Below, piece by piece: positions 47,575 to 56,810 of a stretch of 64,000 nucleotides of DNA. The stretch comes from Candidatus Velthaea sp. (GTDB taxonomy: Bacteria > Vulcanimicrobiota > Vulcanimicrobiia > Vulcanimicrobiales > Vulcanimicrobiaceae): contig JBEKHC010000008.1 of assembly GCA_050012475.1 (NCBI GenBank), positions 14,387-78,386 of the forward strand. The letters run 5' to 3'. Both the position numbers and the translations under genes were made by a program. Under the pieces are notes generated by a model. It was not told where the DNA came from and did not search any database. It worked only from the letters and a program-made list of their open reading frames with translations. How positions within the stretch are numbered: position 1 is the stretch's first letter; each line of letters begins with the position of its first letter.

Positions 47575-48438
47575 ATGCTCTCGTCCAATCGGGCCAACCT
47601 CGTTGCCATGCACGTCCAAGGCGAGATCGCGCCGGCGTCGGTTCCGTCGTCGCTGTACGACGTCGGCGCCGACGGGCGGCCGCGCATTTTGCCGTCCGTC
47701 GGCGGCATTTGTCTTAACGTCCGCGTCGGCGATAACGCGTTCACGCCGGTCGGCGATCACATCGAACCCGCCGTCAGCGTGCGCGCGAAAGACGAACGGG
47801 TCAATGTCGGCTTTTGCGTCTTGTCCTGCGTCGGCAACAAAGCGACCGTGCTGTCGGGCGACGCGAAAAGCGAGACCGGCGTCGTGACCGGCAAGCACGG
47901 CGGGGTCGAGCACGTGATGGTTGATTTCAACGAGCGCGTGATGGCCAAGCTCACGATCGGCGATAAGATCGGCATTCGGGCCGTCGGCGTCGGGTTCGAG
48001 CTTCGCGATGCCGGCGACGTCGCGGTGTTCAACTGCGATCCCGATTTTTTCGAGCGGCTCGGTATCACGTCCAGGGATGGGGCGCTGGTGGTGCCGGTCG
48101 CCAAGATCGTCCCGGCGGCGATCATGGGTTCGGGTCTGGGCCGGGCGACGGTCGCGCGGGGCGACTACGACATCCAGACCTTCGATCCGCAGATGGTCGC
48201 CGAATTCGGCCTGGACGACTTGCGCTTCGGCGACATCGTCGCCATCACCGATGCCGATCATCGCTTCGGGCGCATCTTTCGCACCGGGGCAGTGAGCATC
48301 GGGATCGTCGCCCACGGCCGGTCGTTCATTGCCGGACACGGCCCGGGTGTTACCTCGCTGCTGACCTCGCCGTCAGGGGCGATCGTTCCGCAGCTCGACC
48401 CGGCAGCCAACATTGCAGCGATCTTGCGCCTCCGTTGA
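47575..48438 (+). CDS. DUF4438-like conserved protein
   Basis: PSVGGICLNVRVGD, DHIEPAVS, GKHGG, MGSGLG, DYDI, GHGPGV. Confidence 0.8.
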   Translation: MLSSNRANLVAMHVQGEIAPASVPSSLYDVGADGRPRILPSVGGICLNVRVGDNAFTPVGDHIEPAVSVRAKDERVNVGFCVLSCVGNKATVLSGDAKSETGVVTGKHGGVEHVMVDFNERVMAKLTIGDKIGIRAVGVGFELRDAGDVAVFNCDPDFFERLGITSRDGALVVPVAKIVPAAIMGSGLGRATVARGDYDIQTFDPQMVAEFGLDDLRFGDIVAITDADHRFGRIFRTGAVSIGIVAHGRSFIAGHGPGVTSLLTSPSGAIVPQLDPAANIAAILRLR

Positions 48439-48733
48439 TCCTATAAGGAATGCGCGGCGTCACATTGGATCGGGACCTCTGACTTTTTGGATGAGGATCT
48501 AATACTCCTAGCTTTCGGGGTGAACTCCCTTCGTTTCCGCCATGCGTCGGCCGATGGTAGAGTAGTCCGCATTTCACTGCAAAAGAAAGCTGTCGACATG
48601 GATGTATTCGTGGTAAGTGAACCGCTCTACGACATCTGCGAATCGTGGGCTGAAGAGCCCGAACCCGACGCTTGGACGGTGGTCTTTCCCGAAGTCGTGA
48701 GCTGGCTGATTCGGCCGAATTGACCGCGCGGCG

Positions 48734-49402
48734 TTAGCCGAAGGCCGCTTCGATCGCCGCCGGCGTGAGGTCGCGGATCGACGGCAGGACCGCATCGGCC
48801 AGGGCGAGCGCCTCAGGTGCCGCCGGAAAGGCGGCGGTGGGAATGGCGATCACGCGCATCCCGGCATTTTTGCCGGCCCGAATGCCGTTGGACGAGTCCT
48901 CGACCGCCGCGCACGCCGGCGGGGACGCCCCCAGCAGTTCGGCCGCCCGAAGGTAGACATCGGGAGCCGGCTTCCCGCGGCCGGCTTCGGCTGCGGACAC
49001 GCTCACGGTAACGGCGTCGCCCAGTCCGGCGAGCCGGACGACCAAATCGATCAGCTCGCGACCCGACGAGGACGCGATCGCGACCGGCCAACGCCGGCTC
49101 ACCGCGCGCACCGCATCGACTGCGCCGGGGAAAAAAGGCTGGTCGCGCTCGTAATCGGCCTCCAGCTGGCGGGTCACTTCGCGCCGGATCGCTTCGGCGG
49201 AAAGCGGTATCCCCACCCGGTCGCGGAGGTACACCGACCATTCGGGCGGGCTCATCCCCATCAGATCTTGCGCCATCACCGGATGATACGTCCCGCCGAA
49301 CTGCGCAACGACCGCCAGCCGCGCGCGTTCCCAGTTCTCCTCGGAGTCGATGATGACGCCGTCCATGTCGAAGATAACGGCGGCGCAAGCGGATACGGAC
49401 AA
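48734..49402 (-). CDS. HAD-family phosphatase
   Basis: FDMDGVIIDSE, IASSS, GKPAPDVY, VEDS..G. Confidence 0.92.
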   Translation of the reverse strand: MSVSACAAVIFDMDGVIIDSEENWERARLAVVAQFGGTYHPVMAQDLMGMSPPEWSVYLRDRVGIPLSAEAIRREVTRQLEADYERDQPFFPGAVDAVRAVSRRWPVAIASSSGRELIDLVVRLAGLGDAVTVSVSAAEAGRGKPAPDVYLRAAELLGASPPACAAVEDSSNGIRAGKNAGMRVIAIPTAAFPAAPEALALADAVLPSIRDLTPAAIEAAFG

Positions 49403-49462
49403 GTGTGAATCCCCCCCGCGCCCCGTTCGGGACGCCGGGTGCGCGCCGCTGCCGGCTACCGC

Positions 49463-51010
49463 TCATTCCTGATGATTGTCGTGCCGCGCGTACACCGTGG
49501 CCGTTCGATAGTCAAAGAAGAGGTCGAAGTCGCGCATCAGATCGGTGCCCAGCAACCCGTCGACATCCTCGAAGCCAAGGTCCGCAGCCGAGATGTCGAC
49601 GAGGGTTTCCGGGAACGAGACGCCGGCGAATTCGAGATCCTTCACGTGCGAGGTTTCGGCGCTTCCGATCCCGCCGACGCCGCGAAAGCGAGCCGGCCCA
49701 AGCGCTCCGGCCGCGTCCGCCGGATCGAGCCGCTCGGCGAACGCCGATTCCAGCACGGTCCGGTTGGCGCCGGTGTCGAGGACGACGCGCGCAGCCACCG
49801 GACCGATCTTGATCCGCACCGCGGGCTGCTTGTCGTCCAAACCCAACGGGATGGCCGTCAGATCGGCCGGCGGGCGGAACGCCGTGGGATGCAGCGCCTC
49901 GAACACGCCGCGTTCGGCATCGATGTGCACGACGATCTCGGCAAAGAAGTCGAAGCCGAGCAGGCCCGTGATTCGGGTGCGGTCGTCGGCTCGAAACGGG
50001 ATCGACACGACGCGCGCCACCACGTTGCGCATGCGCAGCAGCCCAACGCTCATCGAGGAAACGATCGCGGTCGTTTCGGGGAACGGACCAATGGTCGCGC
50101 CGATGCGTTCGCCGTAGCGTTCCAATCCCAAACTCTCAGCGACGATCGGGTCAATGACGATGCCGGCGGCGCCGGAGTCCAACAAGAAATCCAGCGGCCG
50201 CCCGTTGAGGGTGACGCGCACGACCAGCAGTCCGTTCACCATGCGCACCGGTAAGCGCACGCTCGAAAAGCCGGGCGGGAACTCGACGAGCGATCGACGC
50301 GTCGGCACGATCGCCACGTCGCCGGGATCGGGCGTCGTGTCGAGAGAGCGCGAAACGAGCGTCTGCTCGCGCTCGTTCCCCAGCGAATCGACGGTCCGGA
50401 TGTGATTGGGCAACAACTCGCCGTCGAAGGGCTTGAAATCGTCGTAGGTGGTGATGAAGCGGCGGTTGCGTTCGAGTTTATCCGAGCGCACGATCTGGCC
50501 GCTTTGTTTGTCGATGAACAGCCACTGATGCCGCCCGTTCGGCGGATCGAGCTCGACGACGAATGCATTGAGCGGCACCGACTCGCCGATCAGCCGCGCG
50601 TCGCGTTCGTTATTGGAGTCCCACACTTTCTGGGAGATCTCGTCGCGCTCGTGAAATCCGGAGTACGCAAAAGTGATGCCGTTACGGTTCTGCTGCCAGC
50701 GCACGCCGTCGTGCATCCCGTTTTCGTAGACGAGCGGGCCGAGCGTCGTGGTCTCGCGGTAATCGCGGCCCAAGCGATGCACGCGAAAGCTGCCCGTCTG
50801 CCCGTCCTGCAGCAGCCGCCATTCCTCGATGAGCGTTGCATTTTTGGTCCGCAGCCCGAGATGGGCGCGCCGGAACTCGGCCCGGACATGGGCCAGTGTC
50901 GTGCTCGAAGGAATGAGATTGCGCGGCGGATCGTCGTACGCCGCGCCGGCCGGCCGCGCGGCCAACACCGCGACCGCCAGAATCAGCGGCGCGAACCAGC
51001 GGCGGTTCAG
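49463..51010 (-). CDS. Secreted double retropepsin-like aspartyl protease (probable CTG start)
   Basis: LLDSGA, VLDTGA, GLLG motifs; signal peptide is complete only from CTG 51010. Confidence 0.82.
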   Translation of the reverse strand: MNRRWFAPLILAVAVLAARPAGAAYDDPPRNLIPSSTTLAHVRAEFRRAHLGLRTKNATLIEEWRLLQDGQTGSFRVHRLGRDYRETTTLGPLVYENGMHDGVRWQQNRNGITFAYSGFHERDEISQKVWDSNNERDARLIGESVPLNAFVVELDPPNGRHQWLFIDKQSGQIVRSDKLERNRRFITTYDDFKPFDGELLPNHIRTVDSLGNEREQTLVSRSLDTTPDPGDVAIVPTRRSLVEFPPGFSSVRLPVRMVNGLLVVRVTLNGRPLDFLLDSGAAGIVIDPIVAESLGLERYGERIGATIGPFPETTAIVSSMSVGLLRMRNVVARVVSIPFRADDRTRITGLLGFDFFAEIVVHIDAERGVFEALHPTAFRPPADLTAIPLGLDDKQPAVRIKIGPVAARVVLDTGANRTVLESAFAERLDPADAAGALGPARFRGVGGIGSAETSHVKDLEFAGVSFPETLVDISAADLGFEDVDGLLGTDLMRDFDLFFDYRTATVYARHDNHQE

Positions 51011-51011
51011 G

Positions 51012-52292
51012 TTAAAGTGCGCCGGCCGGGCCCATCGCTTCGAGCCGGCGTTTGAGATCGGCCAAGAAGCCGGAAGCGACGGCGCCGTCGACGACCCGGT
51101 GATCGAGCGACAGACAGACGTTCATCATCGAGCGAATCGCGATCGCGTCGTCGTGGCGCACGACCGGCCGCCGCACGACGGCTTCCATCGTGACGATCCC
51201 GGCTTGGCCGGTGACCAGGATCGGGGCCGAGAGAATCGAGCCGTTCGCCCCCGTGTTGTTCACCGTGAACGTTCCGCCGCTCAAGTCGTCGGCCCCGAGG
51301 CGGCCGCGGCGCGCGCGTTCGACCAGCTCGCCCGCAGCGAGGGCCAGCCCTCTGATCGACAGTCCGTCGGCGGCGCGGATGACCGGGACGAGCAGATTTC
51401 CGTCGACCGCCACCGCCATTCCCACGTGCACGTCTTTGTGAACGCGGATCCCGTCGGGCGTGAAGCTTGCGTTCATGAGCGGAAACGCCCGCAGTGCCTC
51501 GATCGCGGCGCGCATGAAGAAGGGCAGCAGCGTCAGCTTGACGCCGTGGGCGCGCTCGAACGCGTCTTTTTCGTTGTTGCGCCAGGCCCAGAGATTGGTG
51601 ACGTCGACTTCGACCATCGTCCAGGCATGCGGTGCCGTTTGCTTCGACTCGACCATCCGTTGCGCGATGATGCGTCGCGCTTGGGTGAGCGGCAGCAGTT
51701 CGCCCGGAACGGGCACGGCGAGCGCCGGACGGCTCGCCGGCGCCGGAGCGGACACGGGGGCGGGCGTAGGAGCAGGCGTTCCAGTCTTGGTGGGGGTGCC
51801 GCCGGTCGCGCCCGCAGCTGCCACGACGTCGCGCGCGGTGACGCGGCCGCCGGTGCCCGTGCCGCGCAGCACGCTCACGTCGATCGCGAACTCGCGGGCC
51901 AGCCGGCGCACCGCCGGGGAGGCGCTGCGCAGCGCGCCGTTCGAGCCCGCGGGTTTGCCGTTCTCCGGTCCGGAGCGCACCGCGGGTGCTTTGGCGGCCG
52001 GCCCCGTGCGCATCGCCGGCGCTTCGTTGACCGGCGCTTCGGCCGCCGGTGCGCCGACCTCGTCGATGATCGCGATCGGTGCGCCGGTCGGCACGGTCTC
52101 GCCTTCGCCAACGATCAATTCGCGGATCGTACCGCTGACTGGCGAGGGCACTTCGGCATTCACTTTGTCGGTCGAGACTTCGACGAAGGCTTCGTATTTC
52201 TCGACGCTGTCGCCGACTTTCTTGAGCCACTGCGCGACGGTTCCTTCGGTTACCGTCTCGCCCAGTTGCGGCATCGTGATCGTGGTCGGCAT
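51012..52292 (-). CDS. 2-oxoacid dehydrogenase E2 dihydrolipoamide acyltransferase
   Basis: Lipoyl motif STDKV, PSBD ASPAVRRLA..GTGTGGRV, DHRVVDG. Confidence 0.95.
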   Translation of the reverse strand: MPTTITMPQLGETVTEGTVAQWLKKVGDSVEKYEAFVEVSTDKVNAEVPSPVSGTIRELIVGEGETVPTGAPIAIIDEVGAPAAEAPVNEAPAMRTGPAAKAPAVRSGPENGKPAGSNGALRSASPAVRRLAREFAIDVSVLRGTGTGGRVTARDVVAAAGATGGTPTKTGTPAPTPAPVSAPAPASRPALAVPVPGELLPLTQARRIIAQRMVESKQTAPHAWTMVEVDVTNLWAWRNNEKDAFERAHGVKLTLLPFFMRAAIEALRAFPLMNASFTPDGIRVHKDVHVGMAVAVDGNLLVPVIRAADGLSIRGLALAAGELVERARRGRLGADDLSGGTFTVNNTGANGSILSAPILVTGQAGIVTMEAVVRRPVVRHDDAIAIRSMMNVCLSLDHRVVDGAVASGFLADLKRRLEAMGPAGAL

Positions 52293-52296
52293 CGGC

Positions 52297-53280
52297 TTAA
52301 AATTGGGCCAACTCGCGCATCGCGCGAACCATGCGATCGGTCGAGATCATGAATTCCTCTTCCAACGTGATCGCGTATCCCATCGCCGGAACGTCCGGCC
52401 CGCAGAGCCGGCGGATCGGCGCATCGAGATCGAACAACGCCTCTTCCGCGACCATCGCCGCAATCTCTGCGCCAATCCCGCCAAACTTGTTGTCTTCGTG
52501 AATGATCAACAGTTTGCGCGTTTTGCGCACGCTGGTCAGGATCGTGCCTTTGTCCATCGGCCGGATCGAGCGCAGATCGATCACTTCGACCGCGATGCCC
52601 TCGCCTTCGAGCCGATTGGCGGCATCGACGGCTTGATGCACGTTATACCCGTACGACACGACGCTGAGATCGGTGCCCGGCTTTTTGACGTCGGCCTTGC
52701 CGATCGGCAGGACGTAGCGTCCCTCGGGTACCTCGCCTTTGACGGAGCGGTACGTTTTTTTGTGTTCGAGGAACAACACCGGATCGGGATCCTCGATCGC
52801 CGCGGTTAGCAGCCCTTTGATATCCGCGGGCGATGATGGGGCCAAAATCTTCAGTCCCGGAACGTGGTAAAAGAGTGCTTCGACCGACACCGAGTGGGAG
52901 AGCGCTCCGCGCACGCCGCCCCCATAAGGCGTCCGAATCACGAGCGGGCAACTGTAGTCGCCCTTGGAGCGGTAACGCGTTTTCGCCGCCTCGCCGACGA
53001 TTTGATTGAACGCGGGATAGATGAAATCGGCGAACTGGATTTCGGCGATCGGACGCAGGCCTTCCATCGCCATCCCGATCGCAACGCCTACGATCGACGC
53101 TTCGGCCAGCGGCGTGTCGATGATGCGCTCCGGCCCGAACTCTTCGAGAAATCCCTTGGTGATCAGGAAGACGTTGCCGCGCGCGCCGACGTCCTCGCCC
53201 AGGATGAGCGTCCGCTCGTCGTTGCGTAGCGCATCGTAGAGCGTCGCGCGCACCGCATCGACGTTGTTCATCACTGCCAA
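52297..53280 (-). CDS. Branched-chain 2-oxoacid dehydrogenase E1 beta
   Basis: GEDVG, DTPLAE, EIQFADF, HSVS.E, FLEHK. Confidence 0.93.
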   Translation of the reverse strand: MAVMNNVDAVRATLYDALRNDERTLILGEDVGARGNVFLITKGFLEEFGPERIIDTPLAEASIVGVAIGMAMEGLRPIAEIQFADFIYPAFNQIVGEAAKTRYRSKGDYSCPLVIRTPYGGGVRGALSHSVSVEALFYHVPGLKILAPSSPADIKGLLTAAIEDPDPVLFLEHKKTYRSVKGEVPEGRYVLPIGKADVKKPGTDLSVVSYGYNVHQAVDAANRLEGEGIAVEVIDLRSIRPMDKGTILTSVRKTRKLLIIHEDNKFGGIGAEIAAMVAEEALFDLDAPIRRLCGPDVPAMGYAITLEEEFMISTDRMVRAMRELAQF

Positions 53281-54299
53281 GGTTCGTACGCTCCGGCGTA
53301 GACGTGCGTGTACAGGTCGGCGGCTTGAGGATAGGGCAGCGCCTCGGCGGCATCCGTCGCGGCGTTCGTTTCGCGCAACACCTCAGCGCGCAGCTGTTTG
53401 GCGCCCGCTTGATCGAGAACGCCGGCGTCAGCGAGTACGCGCTCGAACGCCGGCAGCGGATCGTGCTTGCGCGCCTCGGCAATGGCGGCGCGGTCGCGGT
53501 ACGCGCGGTCGTCGTCGTCGGTCGAGTGCGAGAGAAAGCGGTAGCACTTGCCCTCGACGAGCGTGGGTCCGCCGCCGGTGCGCGCGCGGTCGAGCCCGGC
53601 CTTCACCGCGGCATACGTTGCGATCGGGTCCAAGCCGTCGCACACCGTCCCGGGAATCCCGTAGCCGGCCGCTTTGTCGGCCACGTTGGCGATCGCCATC
53701 TGCGCGCGCTGCGGCGTCGAGATCGCATAGCTGTTGTTTTCTACCAGGAAGACGATCGGCAACTTGTGCACGGCTGCGAAATTGACCGACTCGTGCCATT
53801 CGCCCTCGCTCGTGGCACCTTCGCCGGTTGCGACGAGCACCGCCCGGCCGGCTTCGCGCCGCAGTTTGATCGCATACGCGGCACCGACGGCGTGCGGACA
53901 GTGGCCGGCGATGATCGAGCTGATCGACAGCACCCCGTGTTCGCGATTGGTATAGTGATTTGGAAATTGGCGTCCGCCCGACGCGTCGTCGGCCCGCGCG
54001 AACAGCGAGAGCAGCATCTCCAACGGCGTCACGCCGATACCCAGCACGAGACCCAAATCACGATAGTACGGAGCCAGGAGGTCTTTTCCGCGCACGAACG
54101 CCATCGCGGCGCCCGCTTGCAGTGCTTCGTGACCTTCGGAGCCCAGCGCAAAGGAAATCTTGCCCTGACGGTTGAGCTGAAAGCCGCGATTGTCGATTTG
54201 ACGCTGCAGGAGCATGTTGCGCAGCATTGCGACGAGTTGCTCGTCGGTCAGGCCGCGCCGCTCGAGCGATCCCGCGCTGGACGTCACCGTTTTCGGCAT
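53271..54299 (-). CDS. Branched-chain 2-oxoacid dehydrogenase E1 alpha
   Basis: GHEA, PYYRD, GGRQFPNH, GEGATSEG..NN TPP motif, HSTDDD. Confidence 0.93.
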   Translation of the reverse strand: MPKTVTSSAGSLERRGLTDEQLVAMLRNMLLQRQIDNRGFQLNRQGKISFALGSEGHEALQAGAAMAFVRGKDLLAPYYRDLGLVLGIGVTPLEMLLSLFARADDASGGRQFPNHYTNREHGVLSISSIIAGHCPHAVGAAYAIKLRREAGRAVLVATGEGATSEGEWHESVNFAAVHKLPIVFLVENNSYAISTPQRAQMAIANVADKAAGYGIPGTVCDGLDPIATYAAVKAGLDRARTGGGPTLVEGKCYRFLSHSTDDDDRAYRDRAAIAEARKHDPLPAFERVLADAGVLDQAGAKQLRAEVLRETNAATDAAEALPYPQAADLYTHVYAGAYEPWQ

Positions 54300-54493
54300 G
54301 CACAACCTCGCGGAAAGGAGGAACGAACGGCGGATACTCCGCGAGCACGCGCGCAAGTCCTGCGCACATCGCCGGTTCTTTTTTCCCCAACGGTCGTCGG
54401 GTCGAAGCAGCGAGCGCCGCTTTCACCCCGGCGGCGCCGCGGGTCGGCCCTTAACATCTGCGTTCGTAAAGCCGATATCTCTTTACGTACAAC

Positions 54494-54525
54494 ACAAGAT
54501 CTTTTCTCGACAAGATCTTTTCTCG
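54494..54525. repeat. Perfect 16-bp tandem direct repeat
   Basis: ACAAGATCTTTTCTCG x2. Confidence 0.9.
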
Positions 54526-54690
54526 GGCGGGCACTCGACTCGAAGCATGAGTTCCTTCGGCGCTGTGCCGGATGCGAATTCTTGGTCGACGTGTGCGCGA
54601 ACGAATGCGGGCGAAGAAAACGTTAAGTCGTAAGTCCCGGGGTTTCGCTCCGAACGACGCAAGGCGCTTATTTTCTCGGCCGGAACACGA

Positions 54691-55614
54691 ATGGCCGCGG
54701 CAAACTTGCGGGAAAGGATCGACGCACCGGTGGACGCGCGAACAGTCATCGATTTTGTGTTAGGCGCGGCAGCGGTGAGCGCCGGTGTTCGCGCCTGCGT
54801 CCATCGTCCGTCCGACCGCGGGCAGGCCGCCGCGCAGCAGTTCGCCGCTCCGGCTATGCAGCTGCCCGGTTTGTCGATCGGTTCGGCGGTGCTGTCGGAA
54901 ACGCCGGGTATTGACGGCGGCGACATCGTCGACGTGTACGAACTCGACGCGCGGTTCGCATTGGTGCTCGTCGCCGACGTCTGCGGACGTGGCGCGCAGG
55001 CCGCTGCGCAAACGGCGTTCATCCGCTACGCGATTCGAACGCTGGCACTCGAGAACGACGGCGACCCGGCTGTGGTTCTGGCGAAGTTCAACGCGATGTA
55101 TTTCCGCACCGTCAAAGACGATGAAGCGTTCGTGGTCCTTATTTTGGGTGTCATCGATTCGCAGACCGGCGAAGTGCGCTATGCCAGCGCCGGACACGAG
55201 CCGGCTTTCATCCGTCGCCGCAGCGGGCGCTTGACGATGCTCGAGCCGACCGGCCCGATCATCGGTGCCGCGGCCTACAGTGCTTATAGCAGTGACGTCG
55301 TGCGGCTCGAATCCGGAGACATGCTGGTTTGGACGACCGACGGGATGACCGAGAGCCGGGATCGCCAGCGGCGGCTGCTCGGCGCTGCGGGACTTGCCCG
55401 CTGGATCGCAGCCGCACCGGACGACGTTGCGGCTGTGCCCGAGTCGCTGGTCGCGGCGCTGCAGCAGCGCAGCGGAAACGTCAAAGGAGACGACGTCGCC
55501 GTCCTGGCCGTCGCCTACGAGGCTGCGACGGCGGGGCACGCCCCGGTCGAAAGGCGCGAGCGCCGGGCCGTTTCACGTCCGGCAATGCTGCGCAAACGCC
55601 GCCTTCTGGGCTAA
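54691..55614 (+). CDS. SpoIIE/RsbU-type PP2C phosphatase
   Basis: GGD, VADVCGRG, SAGH, TDGMTE, DDVAV. Confidence 0.9.
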   Translation: MAAANLRERIDAPVDARTVIDFVLGAAAVSAGVRACVHRPSDRGQAAAQQFAAPAMQLPGLSIGSAVLSETPGIDGGDIVDVYELDARFALVLVADVCGRGAQAAAQTAFIRYAIRTLALENDGDPAVVLAKFNAMYFRTVKDDEAFVVLILGVIDSQTGEVRYASAGHEPAFIRRRSGRLTMLEPTGPIIGAAAYSAYSSDVVRLESGDMLVWTTDGMTESRDRQRRLLGAAGLARWIAAAPDDVAAVPESLVAALQQRSGNVKGDDVAVLAVAYEAATAGHAPVERRERRAVSRPAMLRKRRLLG

Positions 55615-55622
55615 CGTCGCGG

Positions 55623-56654
55623 TTACGCGACGATCGTGCAGCGTTCGACCGCGCTTTGACGCGCGAGTTCGATAACGGCGACGGTGTCGCGCGCCGAGCG
55701 TGCGGAGACGGGGACCGGCGTGCCGTCGGCGATCGCTGCGGCCATCTCGGCGTAGAATGAGACGTAGGCACCGGGCAGCGTGACGATCGTCTCGCGCTCG
55801 CCGGCGGCGTTCACCAGCGTACCGTACGTCGCGGGATCGTCGAGGCCCCAGTCCGGCGTGCCGGGTACCTGCCCGGCTTTGAGCGCCGCTTCCTGTGGAT
55901 CCATGCCGTACTTGACGAAGCTGCCGGCGTCCCCGTGCACGACGAAATGCGGTCCGGGCTCGCGCACGAGCGTCGATGAATGCAGGATTGCGCGGCGTTC
56001 GCCGTAGCCCAGCACGAGATGGAAGTAGTCGTCGACGAGGGCTTCGGGACGCTGCGCGAGTACGTCGGCGGTCACCGTTTCGGGCATCCCGAACAGCGTC
56101 AGCGCTTGATCGATCAGATGCGATCCGAGGTCGAACAAGACGCCCGATCCGGCCTGCGGCACTTCGCGCCAACCCGGCTTGATGGCCGGCCGGAAACGGT
56201 CGAAGTGGGCTTCGTAGCCGTACACTCGGCCCAGCCGGCCGGCGCCGATGAGGCTGCGGATGGTCAGAAAGTCATTATCCCAACGCCGATTTTGGTAGAC
56301 GCTGAGCAACCGGCCGCGCTGGGCTGCCAGCCCAATGAGTTCATCGGCGACGGCGCTTGTCGTGGTCATCGGCTTGTCGATGACCACGTGCTTGCCGGCC
56401 TCCAGTGCTTGCCGCGCAAGATCGGCGTGGGTCGCGTTCGGGGTTGCGATCACCACGAGTTCGATCGCGGGATCGGCGAAGATTGCCTGGGGCGCGGCAA
56501 CGGCCGCGGCTTGCGGCAGATCGCGCGCTACGTCGCCCGTCCGGCTGGTAGAGACTTTGACGAGCGAAAGACTCGGCACTGCCTTGATGATCGGCGCGTG
56601 AAACGTCGAGCCGGCGAAACCATAACCGATCAGTCCGACGTCCACCGTTCGCAT
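55623..56654 (-). CDS. Gfo/Idh/MocA oxidoreductase (YdgJ/IolW-like)
   Basis: IGYGFAG..FHAP, ATPNATH, IDKP, QNRRWD, DLGSHLIDQ. Confidence 0.92.
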   Translation of the reverse strand: MRTVDVGLIGYGFAGSTFHAPIIKAVPSLSLVKVSTSRTGDVARDLPQAAAVAAPQAIFADPAIELVVIATPNATHADLARQALEAGKHVVIDKPMTTTSAVADELIGLAAQRGRLLSVYQNRRWDNDFLTIRSLIGAGRLGRVYGYEAHFDRFRPAIKPGWREVPQAGSGVLFDLGSHLIDQALTLFGMPETVTADVLAQRPEALVDDYFHLVLGYGERRAILHSSTLVREPGPHFVVHGDAGSFVKYGMDPQEAALKAGQVPGTPDWGLDDPATYGTLVNAAGERETIVTLPGAYVSFYAEMAAAIADGTPVPVSARSARDTVAVIELARQSAVERCTIVA

Positions 56655-56733
56655 CGCAGCGTCTTAGCCGGTGCAACGGCCGCACCCCCTTTAGGAAGCT
56701 GCGCTACGCCCAGCCCGTCGCCGCAGCTGTGGC

Positions 56734-56785
56734 GTACCCAGCGAAGCGAGGGCGATCATCCGAGCGAAGCCGAGGGCGTCCATCC
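56734..56785. repeat. Two tandem copies of REP-like element
   Basis: GTACCCAGCGAAGCGAGGGCGATCATC followed by CGAGCGAAGCCGAGGGCGTCCATCC. Confidence 0.6.
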
Positions 56786-56810
56786 GGTGCTGCGCTCGCG
56801 TTCGGCCGGT

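Noticed and set aside
51012..54299. Missing E3 (lpdA) in the dehydrogenase operon
   Set aside because: E3 is commonly shared and encoded elsewhere
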